DNA from: Mobula hypostoma
Lineage: Eukaryota
Assembly: GCF_963921235.1 (NCBI RefSeq)
Contig: NC_086108.1
Span: forward strand, 41,294,001 to 41,358,000
DNA: 64,000 bases
Reading direction: 5' to 3'
In this document: in pieces, positions 38,070-50,012 of the stretch
How the letters are laid out: each line of letters opens with the position of its first letter
Numbering within the stretch: the stretch's first letter is position 1
The notes under the pieces: model-generated
Seen by the model: the letters and a program-made list of their open reading frames with translations, nothing else
What the model was told of the DNA's origin: nothing
Database searches by the model: none
Made by a program: the position numbers and the translations under genes

Positions 38070-38601
38070 TTCAGAACCCTAGACAGCAGTTAATCTGGTC
38101 CAGGTGACTTATGTACCCTCAGGTCTTTCAGCTTTTTAAGCACCTTCTCCCTTGTATTAGTAACTACACCCACTTCTCTTCCTTCACATACTACAACAAC
38201 ATTGCGGCACACTGACAGTGTCTTCCACAATGAAGACTGATGCAAAATACTCATTTAGTTCATCTGCCGTCTCCTGTCCCCCGATATATATGGCCAAATC
38301 AGCTTCCGATTTCTCTACAAATCAGTTATCGTGAGTTCCTGTCTACAACTCTCCATAAATCCATAAAATTGTTATCAAGTATTCACATATGATTGGCAAA
38401 TGAATCATTAGGTGCTGATCCAAAAGGCAGCAATAAAATGGCATTTGAGTTTGCACAGCAAATTGCTTTAATTAATACATATCAGTATCAGAATCAGGTT
38501 TAATATTATTGGCGTTTGTTGTGAAATTTGTTGTTTTGTGTCAACAGTACATTACAAGGCATAATAGTTTCAAAAATCTATAAATTACAATAAGAAATAT
38601 A

Positions 38602-38900
38602 GGCATCCGTTAGTCTCAAGAGAACATGGATTTACACCTTGGAAGGTTTCCAGGGTGCAGGCCTGGGCAAGGTTGTATAGAAGACCAGCAGTTGCCCATT
38701 CTGCAAGTCTCCCCTCTCCATGGCACCGATGCTGTCCAAGGGAAGAGCATTAGGAAAGTTTGGCACCAATGTCGTCGCAGAGCAATGTATGGTTAAGTGC
38801 CTTGCTCAAGGACACAACATGCTGCCTCAGCCAAGGCTCGAACTAGCGACCTTCAGATCACTAGACAAATGCCTTAACCTCTTGGCCACGCGTCAACACA
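38602..38900 (-). mobile_element. tRNA-derived SINE with CORE-like segment
   Basis: A box TGGCCAAGAGG (38878-38888), B box AGTTCGAGCC (38835-38844), gtgtccttgagcaaggcacttaacc. 15-bp TSD acaat(a/c)agaaatata (38587-38601 / 38901-38915). Confidence 0.85.
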
Positions 38901-38908
38901 ACAATCAG

Positions 38909-38910
<2 letters not shown>

Positions 38911-38947
<37 letters not shown>
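38911..38947. repeat. (AT)n microsatellite
   Basis: About 18 perfect AT units. Confidence 0.95.
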
Positions 38948-38954
<7 letters not shown>

Positions 38955-39666
38955 GTAAGTAGTGCAAAAAGAGAGCAAAAAATACTGAGGCAGTGTTCAT
39001 GGGTTATTTGTCCATTCAGAAATCTGATGGTGAAGGGGTAGAAGCTATTCCTGAATTATTGATTGTGTGTCTTCAGGCTCCTGTACCTCCTCCTGATGGT
39101 ACCAATGAGAAGAGGGCGTGTCCTGGGTGATGGTGGTCCTTAATGATGGATGCTGCCTTCTTGAGGCATTGTCTTTTGAAGGTGTCCTTGATGCTGGGGA
39201 GGCTGGTGCCCACGATGGAACTGGCTGAGTTTACAACTTTCTGCGGCTTTGTCCGATTCTGCACAGTGGCTCTATCCATACCAGACAGTGATGCAATCAG
39301 TTAGAGTGCTCTCCAGGGTTCACCTGTGGAGTTTTGCAGGAGTCTTTACTGACATACCGAGTCTTCTCAAAACCCTAATGAAATACAACCACTGTTGTGC
39401 CTTCTTTACAATTGCATCAATATGTTAGACCCAGGATATATCTTCAGAGAGCTTTAAGTTCCAGGAACTTGAAACTGCTCTCCCTTTCCACTGCTGATCC
39501 CTCGATGAGGACTGGTGTGTTTTCCCTCAGCTTCCCCTTTCTAACGTCCACAATCTATTCCTTGGGGTTACTCATGTTGAGTGCAAGTTTGTAGTTGTGA
39601 CACCACTCAACCAGCTCATCTATCTTGCTCTTGTACACCTCCTCATCTGAAATTCTGCAAACAATA

Positions 39667-39792
39667 GCAACACACATCAAAGTTGCTGGTGAACGCAGCA
39701 GGCCAGGCAGCATCTCTAGGAAGAGGTACAGCTGACGTTTCAGGCCAAGACCCTTTGTCAGGACTAACTGAAGGAAGAGTTAGTGAGAGACT
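39667..39792 (-). mobile_element. PLE pLTR fragment with mutated hammerhead
   Basis: Near-identical to 31610-31735. Confidence 0.85.
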
Positions 39793-41309
39793 TGTTGATT
39801 GTCAGCAGGGAGGAGACGTTATTTCCCATCCACACTGACTGCCGTCTCCGGTGAGGAAATCAAGGATCCAGTTGCAGAGAGAGGTACGGAGGCCCAGGTT
39901 TTAGAGCTTGTAGGCTAGCTGAGAAGGTATGATTCAATAAACAGGAGCCAGATGTAGGTATTGCTATTGCACAGGTGATCCAAGGCCTAGTGTAAAGCCA
40001 GAGAGATTGCATCTGGTATATTACCTATTGTGGTGATAGGCAATTTGCAGTGTTTCCAGATCCTTTCCTAGGCAAGAGTTGGTTCTAGACATGACCAACC
40101 CCTCAATGTACTTTACCACAGTAGATGTGGGTGCAACTGGGCATTAGTCATTGAGGCAGCTCACCCTGCTCTTCTTGGGCACTGGTATGATTGTCGCCCT
40201 TTTGAAGCAGGTGGGAACCTCCAACAGCAACAGTGAGAGATTGAAGATCTCCTTGAACATGCCCGGCAGTTGGTTGGCACAGATTTTCAATGCCCTATCA
40301 GGTACAAATCAGGGTCTGATGCCTTGCAAGGGTTCACACTCCTGTGAAATGCTCTGATGCTGGCCTCCGAGCCAGAGATGACGGGGTCACGAGATCCTGC
40401 AGGAATTCTCAGGTGCAACTCTATGCTCTCTTCCAAAGCATGCGCAAAAGGCATTGAGCAGATCTGTGAGTTTAAGTATCACAGCCATTCATGATGTTAG
40501 GCTTCACCTTGTGGGAAGAAGCTGACAGAGCTAACTTGCATCCAATTTCATCTCTAACTTCAACTGAAATTGTTTTCTCACCCTTAAAATAGCTTTACAT
40601 AGGTCATACATGGACTCCTTGAATTGTTCTGGATCACCGGTCTTGAAGACCACCGACCTAGCTCTCAGCAGAGTATGAATCTCCTGGTACATCCACGGCT
40701 TTTTGTCTGGGTATGTCCAGTATATACCCTGATATTCCTGGTATATCCTGATATTCATCAGATTGTTACTGATTTCTGGGAGGTATTTCAACCACCAGGA
40801 ATGAGGGAGGGTGAAGTTTAGACTATGAGTAACATTTCAATTTCCTTCCCCATTGTGGTCCCACTACTGACTTGATAACACAAAATTGATGTGGGAGAGA
40901 CTCAAAAACTGCTGGCTGAATTGTGGGATTTTTGGAAGCATAGCTGATTACTCAGTAGTTTTATTATTTTTTTTAAAATCCCCTTTGTGATGACGAGTGC
41001 AAAACAAACGTATATTGTTTTGAGTCACTCACCAACACATTAGAAAAGATTTTGCCAATATATTTAGCTAACTTTGTGATGCCATTCACTAAGAGCCTTG
41101 CTGTACAAATAGAGATGGACTAATTCATTTTTGTAACTTAAGAGTGTTATTTAAAAACTCAAATCACCACCCCCATGATCACGCCCAATATCTCCCATTT
41201 CCCAGATTACCTTGCCTCTCCTCAAGCTTCCTGCTGGAATGCGGTAAAGTTATGCAACAAATGGGAAATTTTTCAATGCATCTCTCCTCTCTTCCATGAG
41301 GTAAGGGTC

Positions 41310-43525
41310 CATAGTTCTTGTTCAGGCAAAGAGTAAGGCTGGCAAGTTTAGGGAACCCTGGGTGACTGGAGATATTGAGGCTCTGGTCAGGATAAAGAAG
41401 GAGGTAATATCAGGTTCAGGTAAATGGGAACAAGCAAATCCTTCAACGTGAATAAAAAGTGTAGGAGTACCCTTAAGAGAAATATCTGGAGGGTAAAAAG
41501 AGAACAAGGGGAAGGAAAATTCCAAGAGATTTTACAGGTACAATATATTCAGAGTAGAAGTGTGGTTAGTGACAGAATAGATCCTCTTGAGAGTTAGCAT
41601 AGCCATCCAAGTGTGGAGCCATATGGGGTGAGTGAGATTTTTAATGATTGCTTTTCATCATTTTTTATTGTAGAATTTAGAGAAATTATCTGTGATGTCT
41701 TGGACCATGTACAAATGACCAGATAGAAGGTCCTGGCAGCCTTAGAGCATATCCAAGTTAAATCCAAGTGCCTCGGAAGGCCTTGTTGGAAGCTAAGGAA
41801 GAAATTGCAGAGGCTCTTGCAGAGATGACTGCATCACTTAATGCCACATGTAAAGTTACAGAATTAGACAGTGGCTAATGTTGTAGTGTTATTTAAGAAA
41901 GATGGCAAAGTCAAACCTGGAAAATACTGGCCAGTGAGTTGGACATCAGTGGTGGGAAACTTGAGAGTTAAGATCTACCAGACAATATCTGATTTGAGAT
42001 AGCAAGTGCCTGGGAAATCATGCCTGATGCATTTGTTCTTCAATAGATTGTCTATATGGACTTCAGCGGGGCCTTTGACAATGTTCCACATAGACTATTA
42101 GATCTGGAGGGATCCAGGAACAATTATAAATCTGTATTTATAATTGCCTTGATGGTAGGGAGCAGAGGGAGATATTAGGAGATTGTTTCTTTGACTGGAG
42201 GCCTGTTACTGTGGTGTGTCAGAAGTAAACCATTCCTGATAGCTTTGTTCATTATTTATAAAAATGATTTGGATGAGAATACGCAGGCTATGGGTAGTAA
42301 GTTTGTGGGTGGTACTAAAACAGATGGTATCTTAGAAAGCGAAGAAAGTTATCAAAAGTTATGGGGAGACCTTGATCAGCTAAGTTTTGTAAATGGGTTG
42401 ACGATGAGCAAATGGTTTTCAGTGCAGAGAAAAGCAATGTGTTGCATTTTGGGAACTCAATGTCAGAGTAGGATTTACACAGCAAAAAGCAAAGAAATGG
42501 ATTAGCTTTATCTGTCAGGTGCACATTGAAGCATAGATGAAATGCATTGTTTGTGTCAATGATCAACACAATTCGAGGATGTTCTGTGGGCAGTCCGCAA
42601 GCATCATCATAATTCTGGTGCCAACATATCATGCTCACGATTCATTAACCCTTCTAACCTCTACCTCTTTGGAATGTAGGAAGAAACCAGAACACCCGGT
42701 GGAACCTCATGTAGTCACGATGAGAGTGTATAAACTCCTTAAAGACAGAAATGGGAATTGAACCCCAATTGCAGGCACAGTAAAGTGTTGCGCTAGCCAC
42801 TATGCTACCGTGCTACCCTATCACAGTATATGATAGCACTCTGGGGAATGTTGTAGAATAGAGGGACAGAGGAGTACATGCACATAGTTCATTGAAAGTG
42901 GTGTCACAAGTAGAGAGGATGGTGAAGAAGGCATCTGATACACTGGTCTTCATAGTTAGAGCACTGGATATAAGAGTTAAGATGATATGCTGCAGTTGTA
43001 CAGGATGTTGGTGAGGCCGCATTTGGAGTATAATGCACTGTTTTGGTCACCTTATTATATGAAATATATCACTAAACAGGAAAGAGTGCAAAGAAGATTT
43101 ACAAGAATGTTGCCAGGACTTGACTTGAAATCCACAGTCATAAAGAGAGATTAAGTAGGCTGGGAATTTAATCCTTGGAGTTTAGGAAACCAAGGGATGT
43201 ATAAAACCTTTAGGAGTTCAAAGTTCAAATCATACCATATACAACCTTGAGATTCATCTTCTTGTAGGCAGCTATAAAACAAATGTAGGCAATAGAATTC
43301 ACGGAAAACCCCGTACCGCAGAGACAGGCATATATCCAATGTGTGAAAAAGAAAGGACAAATCATGCAAACAAACAATCCATAAACAAGCCCTTCGTGCA
43401 CAGTCTATTCCCCAAGGAAAGGAAACAAAAAATCAGAGGGAAAAGGTTTAAGCTGAGGGGAAAAGAATTGCAAGTGACTGGAAGGGCAACTTCGTACAGA
43501 GGTCGTGCTTATACGATGCAATGAT
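41310..43525 (+). mobile_element. Old CR1 LINE fragment with nested SINE and LINE tail (43215-43385)
   Basis: Degenerate RT motifs (gaaccctgggtgactggagatattgagg, ccagtgagttggacatcagtggtgggaaa, ggtgaggccgcatttggagta). Confidence 0.75.
42500..42818 (-). mobile_element. V-SINE (HE1-like head) with a LINE-derived tail
   Basis: Minus strand: ggtagcatagtggctagc (A box), ggttcaattccc (B box), V domain ggagtttatacactctc...ccgggtgttctggtttcttcctacattccaaag. Confidence 0.8.
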
Positions 43526-44127
43526 TAGTCCTTCAACACCTGGTCACTAATGAGATCTGGCATCTATTAATAACTAGTGCAAATGGCAATAATGACTAGC
43601 ACTAGGCTAATTTGTTAGAATCTTCTATTATATCCTTTGGACTTGGTTCTGATCTCTGTTTAAGCAAGGGCCTTACAATCCTCAGAATGTTTTCCAAACA
43701 GCCAGTTAGCTTTTCTATGCAGTCGTTCCCAGAAGTTTGATTAGGGATTTATGGCACAGAAATGAGGTTTTAAATGAATATCAACTACAGCAAGATGCTA
43801 ATGGAATCAAAGATTAAAAACTGTAATTCAGCTGACTGCAACTGAAACCACTTGTGAAAAATAGAAAAAACAATGGATGTTTTGTCTCCATCAAAACTGA
43901 ACACAACAGATAATCCAAAAATAATAGAAGTGTTTATTTTCTTATTTGAATACCAGGAAGAAATATTTGTATCTTAGAAAAAATATAAAATATTTTGAAT
44001 CAGGCAAAATTGAATGAGGCAGTTTTATTCTTGATCCTAGCCTCGGATACTCCAGCATTTGGGTCCAAACCATCCACATTAAGGACTCTTGTTACAATAA
44101 TCTGCCTCATTTTCCTATGGACGTAAC

Positions 44128-44431
44128 TGTTACAAGGTGCAGCCAATGGCACCAGCTTCCAGGGTTTAGACACTCTAACTCTCCAGAGTATGGATAACTT
44201 GCAGGGCCCCTTTAATAGTTCACAACTATCAGGCTAATAGGCAACTATGTTTTGGGCACCAAGATTTGAGTATTTAAAGAGCACCTGAATGGAGATCAAA
44301 TCCAACCAGAGATATTGTCCAGCATTTTGTTTTGTGCTCAGTTCTCGATCCAGTCTTCTCATGTCCTGATCCTAGCCTGGGATACTCCAGCATTTGGGTC
44401 CAAGCCATCCTCATCAAGGACTCTTGTCACA
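44128..44431 (+). mobile_element. Short solo LTR (304 bp)
   Basis: TGTTACA...TGTCACA termini. 5-bp TSD gtaac (44123-44127) / ataac (44432-44436). tatttaaa box; gcatttgggtcc near the 3' end as in the inner LTR. Confidence 0.7.
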
Positions 44432-44554
44432 ATAACCACAAGAAGTTCAAAGTATGCCAACATTTCCCAGTGACATTTGATACTTCACCTACCTTTGAAG
44501 GATAGTCTATGGGGCACCTGATGTTTCTATTGAATGAGTCACCAAAGTTAGCTA

Positions 44555-44695
44555 ACTTGTGCCTTATGAAGTGTCGTGGCCTGAAACGTCAATGGTTTAC
44601 TCTTTTCCATAGATTCTGCTTGGCCTGCTGAGTTCCTCCAGCATTTTGTGTTGTGTTGTTTGGATTTCCAGCATCTGCAGATTTGATTGTGTTTG
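44555..44695 (+). mobile_element. PLE pLTR plus tail with degenerate hammerhead
   Basis: cttatgaagtgtcgtggcctgaaacgtc...cctgctgagttcctccagcattttgtg...tttccagcatctgcag. Confidence 0.75.
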
Positions 44696-44719
44696 TAATT
44701 TGCGCAGTTATCATTGCAT

Positions 44720-46712
44720 TGCAACACAGATGACAAGGGGGCTTCGTTCCCGGATGAACTCAATGCATTCTATGCTCACTTTGACTATCAAAACACAGAT
44801 GAAACTTCATGATCTCCCAAAGGCCCTGGTGACCCTGTGACTTCAGTCTCTGAGGCTGACATGAGAGCATCCTTCAGGAGGGAGAAACCACAGAAAGCAT
44901 CTGGCCCTGATGGGGTACCTGGCCAGGTACTAAAGACCTGTGCTGATCAACTGGCTGGAGTGTTCACCTATATCTTTAACCTCTCATTTCAAAAGTCTGA
45001 CGTACCCACCTTCTTCAAGTAAGCTTCGATTATATCGGTGCCTAAGAAGAATGTGGTAACCTACCTCAATGACTATCGTCCAGTAGCATTTACATCCATG
45101 GCGATTAAGTGTTTTGTGATGTTGGTGATGAAACATATCAACTCCTTCCTGAGAAGTGGATTGGATGCACTCCAATTTGCCTCCCAACATAACAGGTCCA
45201 CAGCAGATGTTATTTCATTGGCTCTTCACTCAGCTCAAAAACATCTGAACAGCAGAGATGCCTACATCAGTATGTTCCTTGTCAACTACAGCTTGTCACT
45301 CAATACTATGACCCCTCAAAACTAATCAATAAGCTACAAGACTTTGGCCTTGAAAACTCCTTGTGCTATTGGATCCTCAGTCTCCTCACTTACTGACCCC
45401 AGTTCGTTCAGATTGGTAACACCATCTTCTCCACAATCTCCATCAGCAGAGATGCATCACATGGCTGTATGCTCAGCCCCCTGCTCTACTCACTTTGCAC
45501 TTAAGACAGCTCCAATGCCATATTTAAGTTTGCTGACGACACCACTGTCCTTGGCCCAACCAAAGATGGAGATTAATCAGCATAGAGGAGGGAGATGAAA
45601 ATCTGGCTGAGTACGGCCACAACAACTGCTCTTACTCAATTTCAGGAAGACCAAGGAGTAGATCATTGACCTTAGGAAGAGGAAACCAGAGGTAAATGAA
45701 CCAGTTCTCATTAGGGGATTAGAAGTGGAGAGAGTCAGCAACTTTAAATTCCTTGGTGTTAATTATTTCAGAGGATCTGTCCTGGGCCCAGCACATTCAG
45801 TAAGTGCAATTACAAAAAAAGCATGACAGTGCCTCTATTTCCTTAGAAGTTTACAAAGATTCATCATGACATCTAAAAGTGTATAGATGTATGGTAGAGA
45901 GTATATTGACTGGTTGCATCACAGCCTAGTGTGGAAATACCAATGCCCTTGAATGGAAGATCCTACAAAAATAGTGGATTCGGACTAGTCCATCATGGGT
46001 AAAGCCCTCTCCACCATTGAACAAATCTACATGGAGCGCTGCCACAGGAAAGTAGCATCCATAATCAGGGACCCCCACCACCCAGGACTTGCTCTCTTCT
46101 CGCTGTTGCCATCAGCAAGTAGGTACAGGAGCCTCAGGACTCTCACCAACAGGTTCTGCAACAGTTATTACCCCTCAACCATTAGGCTCTTGAATAAGTA
46201 GGATGCCACTTTTAACATGCCTTCAACATGCCACCTTCACCACCCAGTCCACCTATGTTGCCAGTTTCAGGGAACTATTGACTTAAACTCCCAAAGTCCC
46301 CTGTTAATTAGCATTTATTGGTGCTCTACCATTTGCTGTATATATCCTACCTCTACTTGAATTTCCAACATGCATCCCCCGCATACTTCATGTGACAATT
46401 AGAGTTTCACCCATCTTCACTTGCCCCGTCGCTGAACCGTTCCCACAATCTATGGACTCACTTTCAAGGACTCTTCACCACATGTTCTCAATACTTATTG
46501 GTTATTTATTTATTATTATTATTATTTCTTTTTTTCTTTTGTATTTGTTCAGTTTGTTGTCTTTTGTACATTGGTTGTTAGTCCTGGTCTTTCATTGACT
46601 GTATTATGGTTCTTAGATTTACTGGGTATTCCCGCAAGAAAATTAATCTCAGGGCTGTATATGGTGACAAATACAATATATATTTTGATAATAAATTTAC
46701 TTTGAACATTGA
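44720..46712 (+). mobile_element. Decayed Rex1/Babar-type LINE (RT to 3' end)
   Basis: [42 protein letters not shown], aagtttgctgacgac (KFADD), FCNSYYPSTIRLLN, tail aataaatttactttgaac. Confidence 0.88.
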
Positions 46713-47135
46713 AGTTTGGACTCTTCAAGCATTTAAATCTTTCTTATTCTCATCAGGAATTATTTCAATAATAGTGCAAATTATTTAAAGAAAATGTTTC
46801 AAGATTATCTTCCCTTGAAATTTTCTCTATCTGTGTCCTCTCTGCTGCCTTCTCACTTGCAAATACCAATTGGGAGTCTGAATTCTTTAAGGGCACAAAT
46901 ATTAAAAATTTCGCTTTTGACATATTACATATCTATAATGTTATTTATCAGCCATTAATAATTATTCAATTGTAACTTTTTATTTGCCTACATAATACCA
47001 AGGATCTTTTGAATTTTGCACATCCTGTGCTGTAAAAATGAAGTTGATCGAATATGTGTCAGAAATACTTTATACTTCATTGTCGCCAAACAATTGATAC
47101 TAGAACGTACAATCATCACAACGATATTTGATCGT

Positions 47136-47242
47136 GAGTCCTGACGAAGGGTCTCGGCCCGAAACGTCGACTATACCTCTTCCTAGAGATGCTGCCTGGC
47201 CTGCTGCATTCATCAGCAACATTAATGTGTGTTGCTTGAACT
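47136..47242 (+). mobile_element. PLE pLTR fragment beginning at the hammerhead
   Basis: Reverse complement of the 31610-31706 and 39667-39765 termini. Confidence 0.85.
47137..47172 (+). ncRNA. Minimal type I hammerhead ribozyme motif (PLE-associated)
   Basis: AGUC-CUGACGA-A-GGG-ucucgg-CCC-GAAAC-GUC|GACU. Core boxes intact; stem I aguc/gacu; stem II GGG/CCC; palindromic ACGU stem III. Confidence 0.75.
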
Positions 47243-47794
47243 TCCACACCAGGTTTTGATGCACCCTAGAAGAATGCTTTCTACGGTGCATCTATAAAAA
47301 TTAAAGAGGGCTTTAGGGGACAGGCCAAATTTCTCTTGTTTTCTCAGGAAGTAAAGGCGCTGGTGGGCCTTCTTGGCAGTGAACTCTGCTTGGTTGGACC
47401 AAGTCAGGTCATCTGTGATATTGACCCCGAGGAACTTAAAGCTTAAATACTCCACAATACAATATACAGAACTGCCTTCCCATTTCCATATCCCTGATGA
47501 TGGGTTGTACAGTAATTCAGATTACGCTCCAATAACCAATGCAATTACCATTTATAATTTTACATGTAACAGTTTTCTCCTGAGGTGGCAAATACTGGCA
47601 TCACTCACAACTCCACCCAAAACAGCACTGTTTCTTCTATCAGCTGGTATCTACAGGAGCTCTCAGTACTGTCAATGGTCAGAAAAGTTGGGCCAGTAAA
47701 TGTCCAAAGAAGAGACAATATTTTTCATATTTCTTTCCCAAACAAGGCTTTAGCTGTCAACATTTTGGGGTTTCTCTTGTGGCCCTGACAAAAA

Positions 47795-48400
47795 AAACAA
47801 CACTTACATTTATATTGGCACATTTAGTAATTGAAAAACAACCCAGGGCATTTTAAAAGAGCATCTTCAAAAAATATGTGATACTGAACCAACAATAATA
47901 AGGCAGATGACCAAATTATTTATTCAAGGAGATTTGTTTCTAAAGGAACTTCCTAAAAATGGGTAGTTTTAGGGAAGAAATTTCAGAGCTTGATATCTTA
48001 AGGCGTAGCCACCAAAAGTGAATTGATTGACTATGGATATATCTGAAGGCTGTGGGACTGGATGAGTCTACAGAGATGGACAGCAGTGAAGCTAGGATAG
48101 GATAAGTAAGTTATATATATTTTAAATTGAAGGACTGATTAACAGGTGTCTAATATTGATCAACCACTGCTGGCTAGAGGAAGAATAGAACATAGTGTAA
48201 GTTAGGAAACATATATCAGAATTTGGATGGGGACCCCCAATTACAAAGGTTAGAAGACCAAATAAAAGTGCTCTTGAATAGTAAAGTCGGAAGCTGGCAA
48301 ATACATGAATGAAGGGTACAACAGTAGCTAAGCTGAGGCAGTTGTGAAAGAAGATAAGAAGTTACAGAGATGGAAGCTGAAAGTCTTGGAGATAGCATTG
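47795..48400 (-). mobile_element. Ancient L2-like LINE 3' end
   Basis: caacacttacatttatattggcacattta...acaacccagggcatttta...tttagggaagaaatttcagagctt; antisense-similar to 32800-33110. Confidence 0.45.
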
Positions 48401-50012
48401 ATTTACTATCTGTAGATCATCTCAAGATCAATGAGACTTGTCCCTTCCTAAAGCTAAGAGCAGTGGGTAGGATTATCAAGGCAGACAAGAAATCCCCAGG
48501 ATACATCATTTTAACATGAAATGAATTGAATGCAGGAAAATCTGGTGGACCTTCCACTTCCTCCCCATTGTGATCTTATTGCTTCTTTCCTAAACCTGCA
48601 TGAACCTCAATAAACAAAGTTTCCCATTCTCCGACCCTTGTCCAGCAGTTCTGTTGAAGAAGGGCCCATGGTTCAATTGAAATCTTTATAGCCTTAATGT
48701 AGTAATGTAGCCTGATTAAAGAACTGTGCTAATAATAAAAAGTTATAATATTAAATTGCAGCATGCAAAATAACTGTAGTAAAGAGGTGATGTATAAGCT
48801 AGATGGTGATGTTTCAATAATTGTAGATATCAAGAATGAAAATAGCCCAAGCTGAATCTGGAGCATACAGTGGGATCTAGAACCATAACTCAAAATGCAT
48901 ACACTGACCACAGGTTGAAGTGCCATGCAAGTGAAGATTAGTTTCCTCTCCCTCCAAAATATGTAAAGCTGAATTCTGTTCAATAAGATTAAACCATGAA
49001 TGCCAGGTTTGTCTGCAGTGTCAAAAGAAAGTGTTTTCTTCCTATTTAGCATAGATGAATGGAATCCAAATCCAGCATGTTATGTTGTAAAATCTTGGAC
49101 CAATGTTGTGCAGACAGCTTTGGACAGTGGTGATGCATGTGGTCACTGCAAACAGGAAGGGGCAATAGAGTAATAATGAAAGAATTTTGTTAGTAATGTG
49201 CTACATAATGATGTTAATTGAATATTAATTCTCAAATGTGTTCTGTTTTACTGCAGTTATTAATTGATTGCACGAGTTTACCATATATTTTTATGATGCA
49301 GTTTTATCATGAATTAACACAGTAGCAAAGAATGATTCCAGGATGTGGCCTAGATGGTGAGGTGTATTGTCATACCAGACCTTGGTTGTTACATCAAAGC
49401 TTTCCAGATGGAAATTCCCATCCAGATGGGATTTATTATGTTTTTGTTGTTGCAAAACTCTCTTTCTTAATTGCATTTTAAGACTCAGATCTGTGGCTTT
49501 TATAATGTTTATTTTCAGACTACTGACATGTGTTGCTAGGAGATGCAAAATATGATCTCTACTTTGAATAGTGAGTTACATAGAATAGTAAGTCCAAATA
49601 TTTTTTGCCCTACAACAATGTGGAATACCCCTTTATTTTTGCAACAATATCCCCATTTTCTTAAAAATAATAAACTTGGATATTTGCTTTAAAACATGCT
49701 ATGCTTCTTAAAGTACCACTGAGGTGGAGCGTTTCAATTTCATTTTGCGGTCTTGGGCATGATCAATCTTTCTCCGTTTTAATGATGTGGTGCCTGATTG
49801 TCCTGTTATTGTAAATTAATGTTTCTTGTGTTGCTCTTTCTACTCTCTGTTTTATTAGTTCTAACACAGGCCAAAGATGGATTCCATTCCATATCATATG
49901 CTGACCTGTCTTGGTCTCAATGACGTACAGTGTGTCCCTTGTGGTTGCAACATTATCAAAAATTTCCACTGATTTTTAAAATCAGACCCTATGCATCACT
50001 ACTTGTCCTCTC

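Larger units (their letters stand above)
35986..38283 (-). mobile_element. 5'-truncated CR1 LINE with two nested insertions
   Basis: Tail agaccataagacac. RT ORFs 37005-37493 and 37435-37869. Confidence 0.85.
38480..40780 (-). mobile_element. Decayed Rex1-type LINE with nested SINE and PLE
   Basis: Tail atcagtatcagaatcagg. ORF pieces 39073-39279 and 40531-40791 (YPDKKPWMYQEI). Confidence 0.8.
47060..47446 (-). mobile_element. Rex1-type LINE 3' fragment with an internal part replaced by a PLE piece
   Basis: ORF 47222-47455 (FKFLGVNITDDLTWS..AHQRLYFLRK). 3'UTR end at 47060-47135. Confidence 0.75.

Noticed and set aside
49519..49570. Exon-like segment with tttcag and gtgagt sites
   Set aside because: 52 nt with stops in all three frames.
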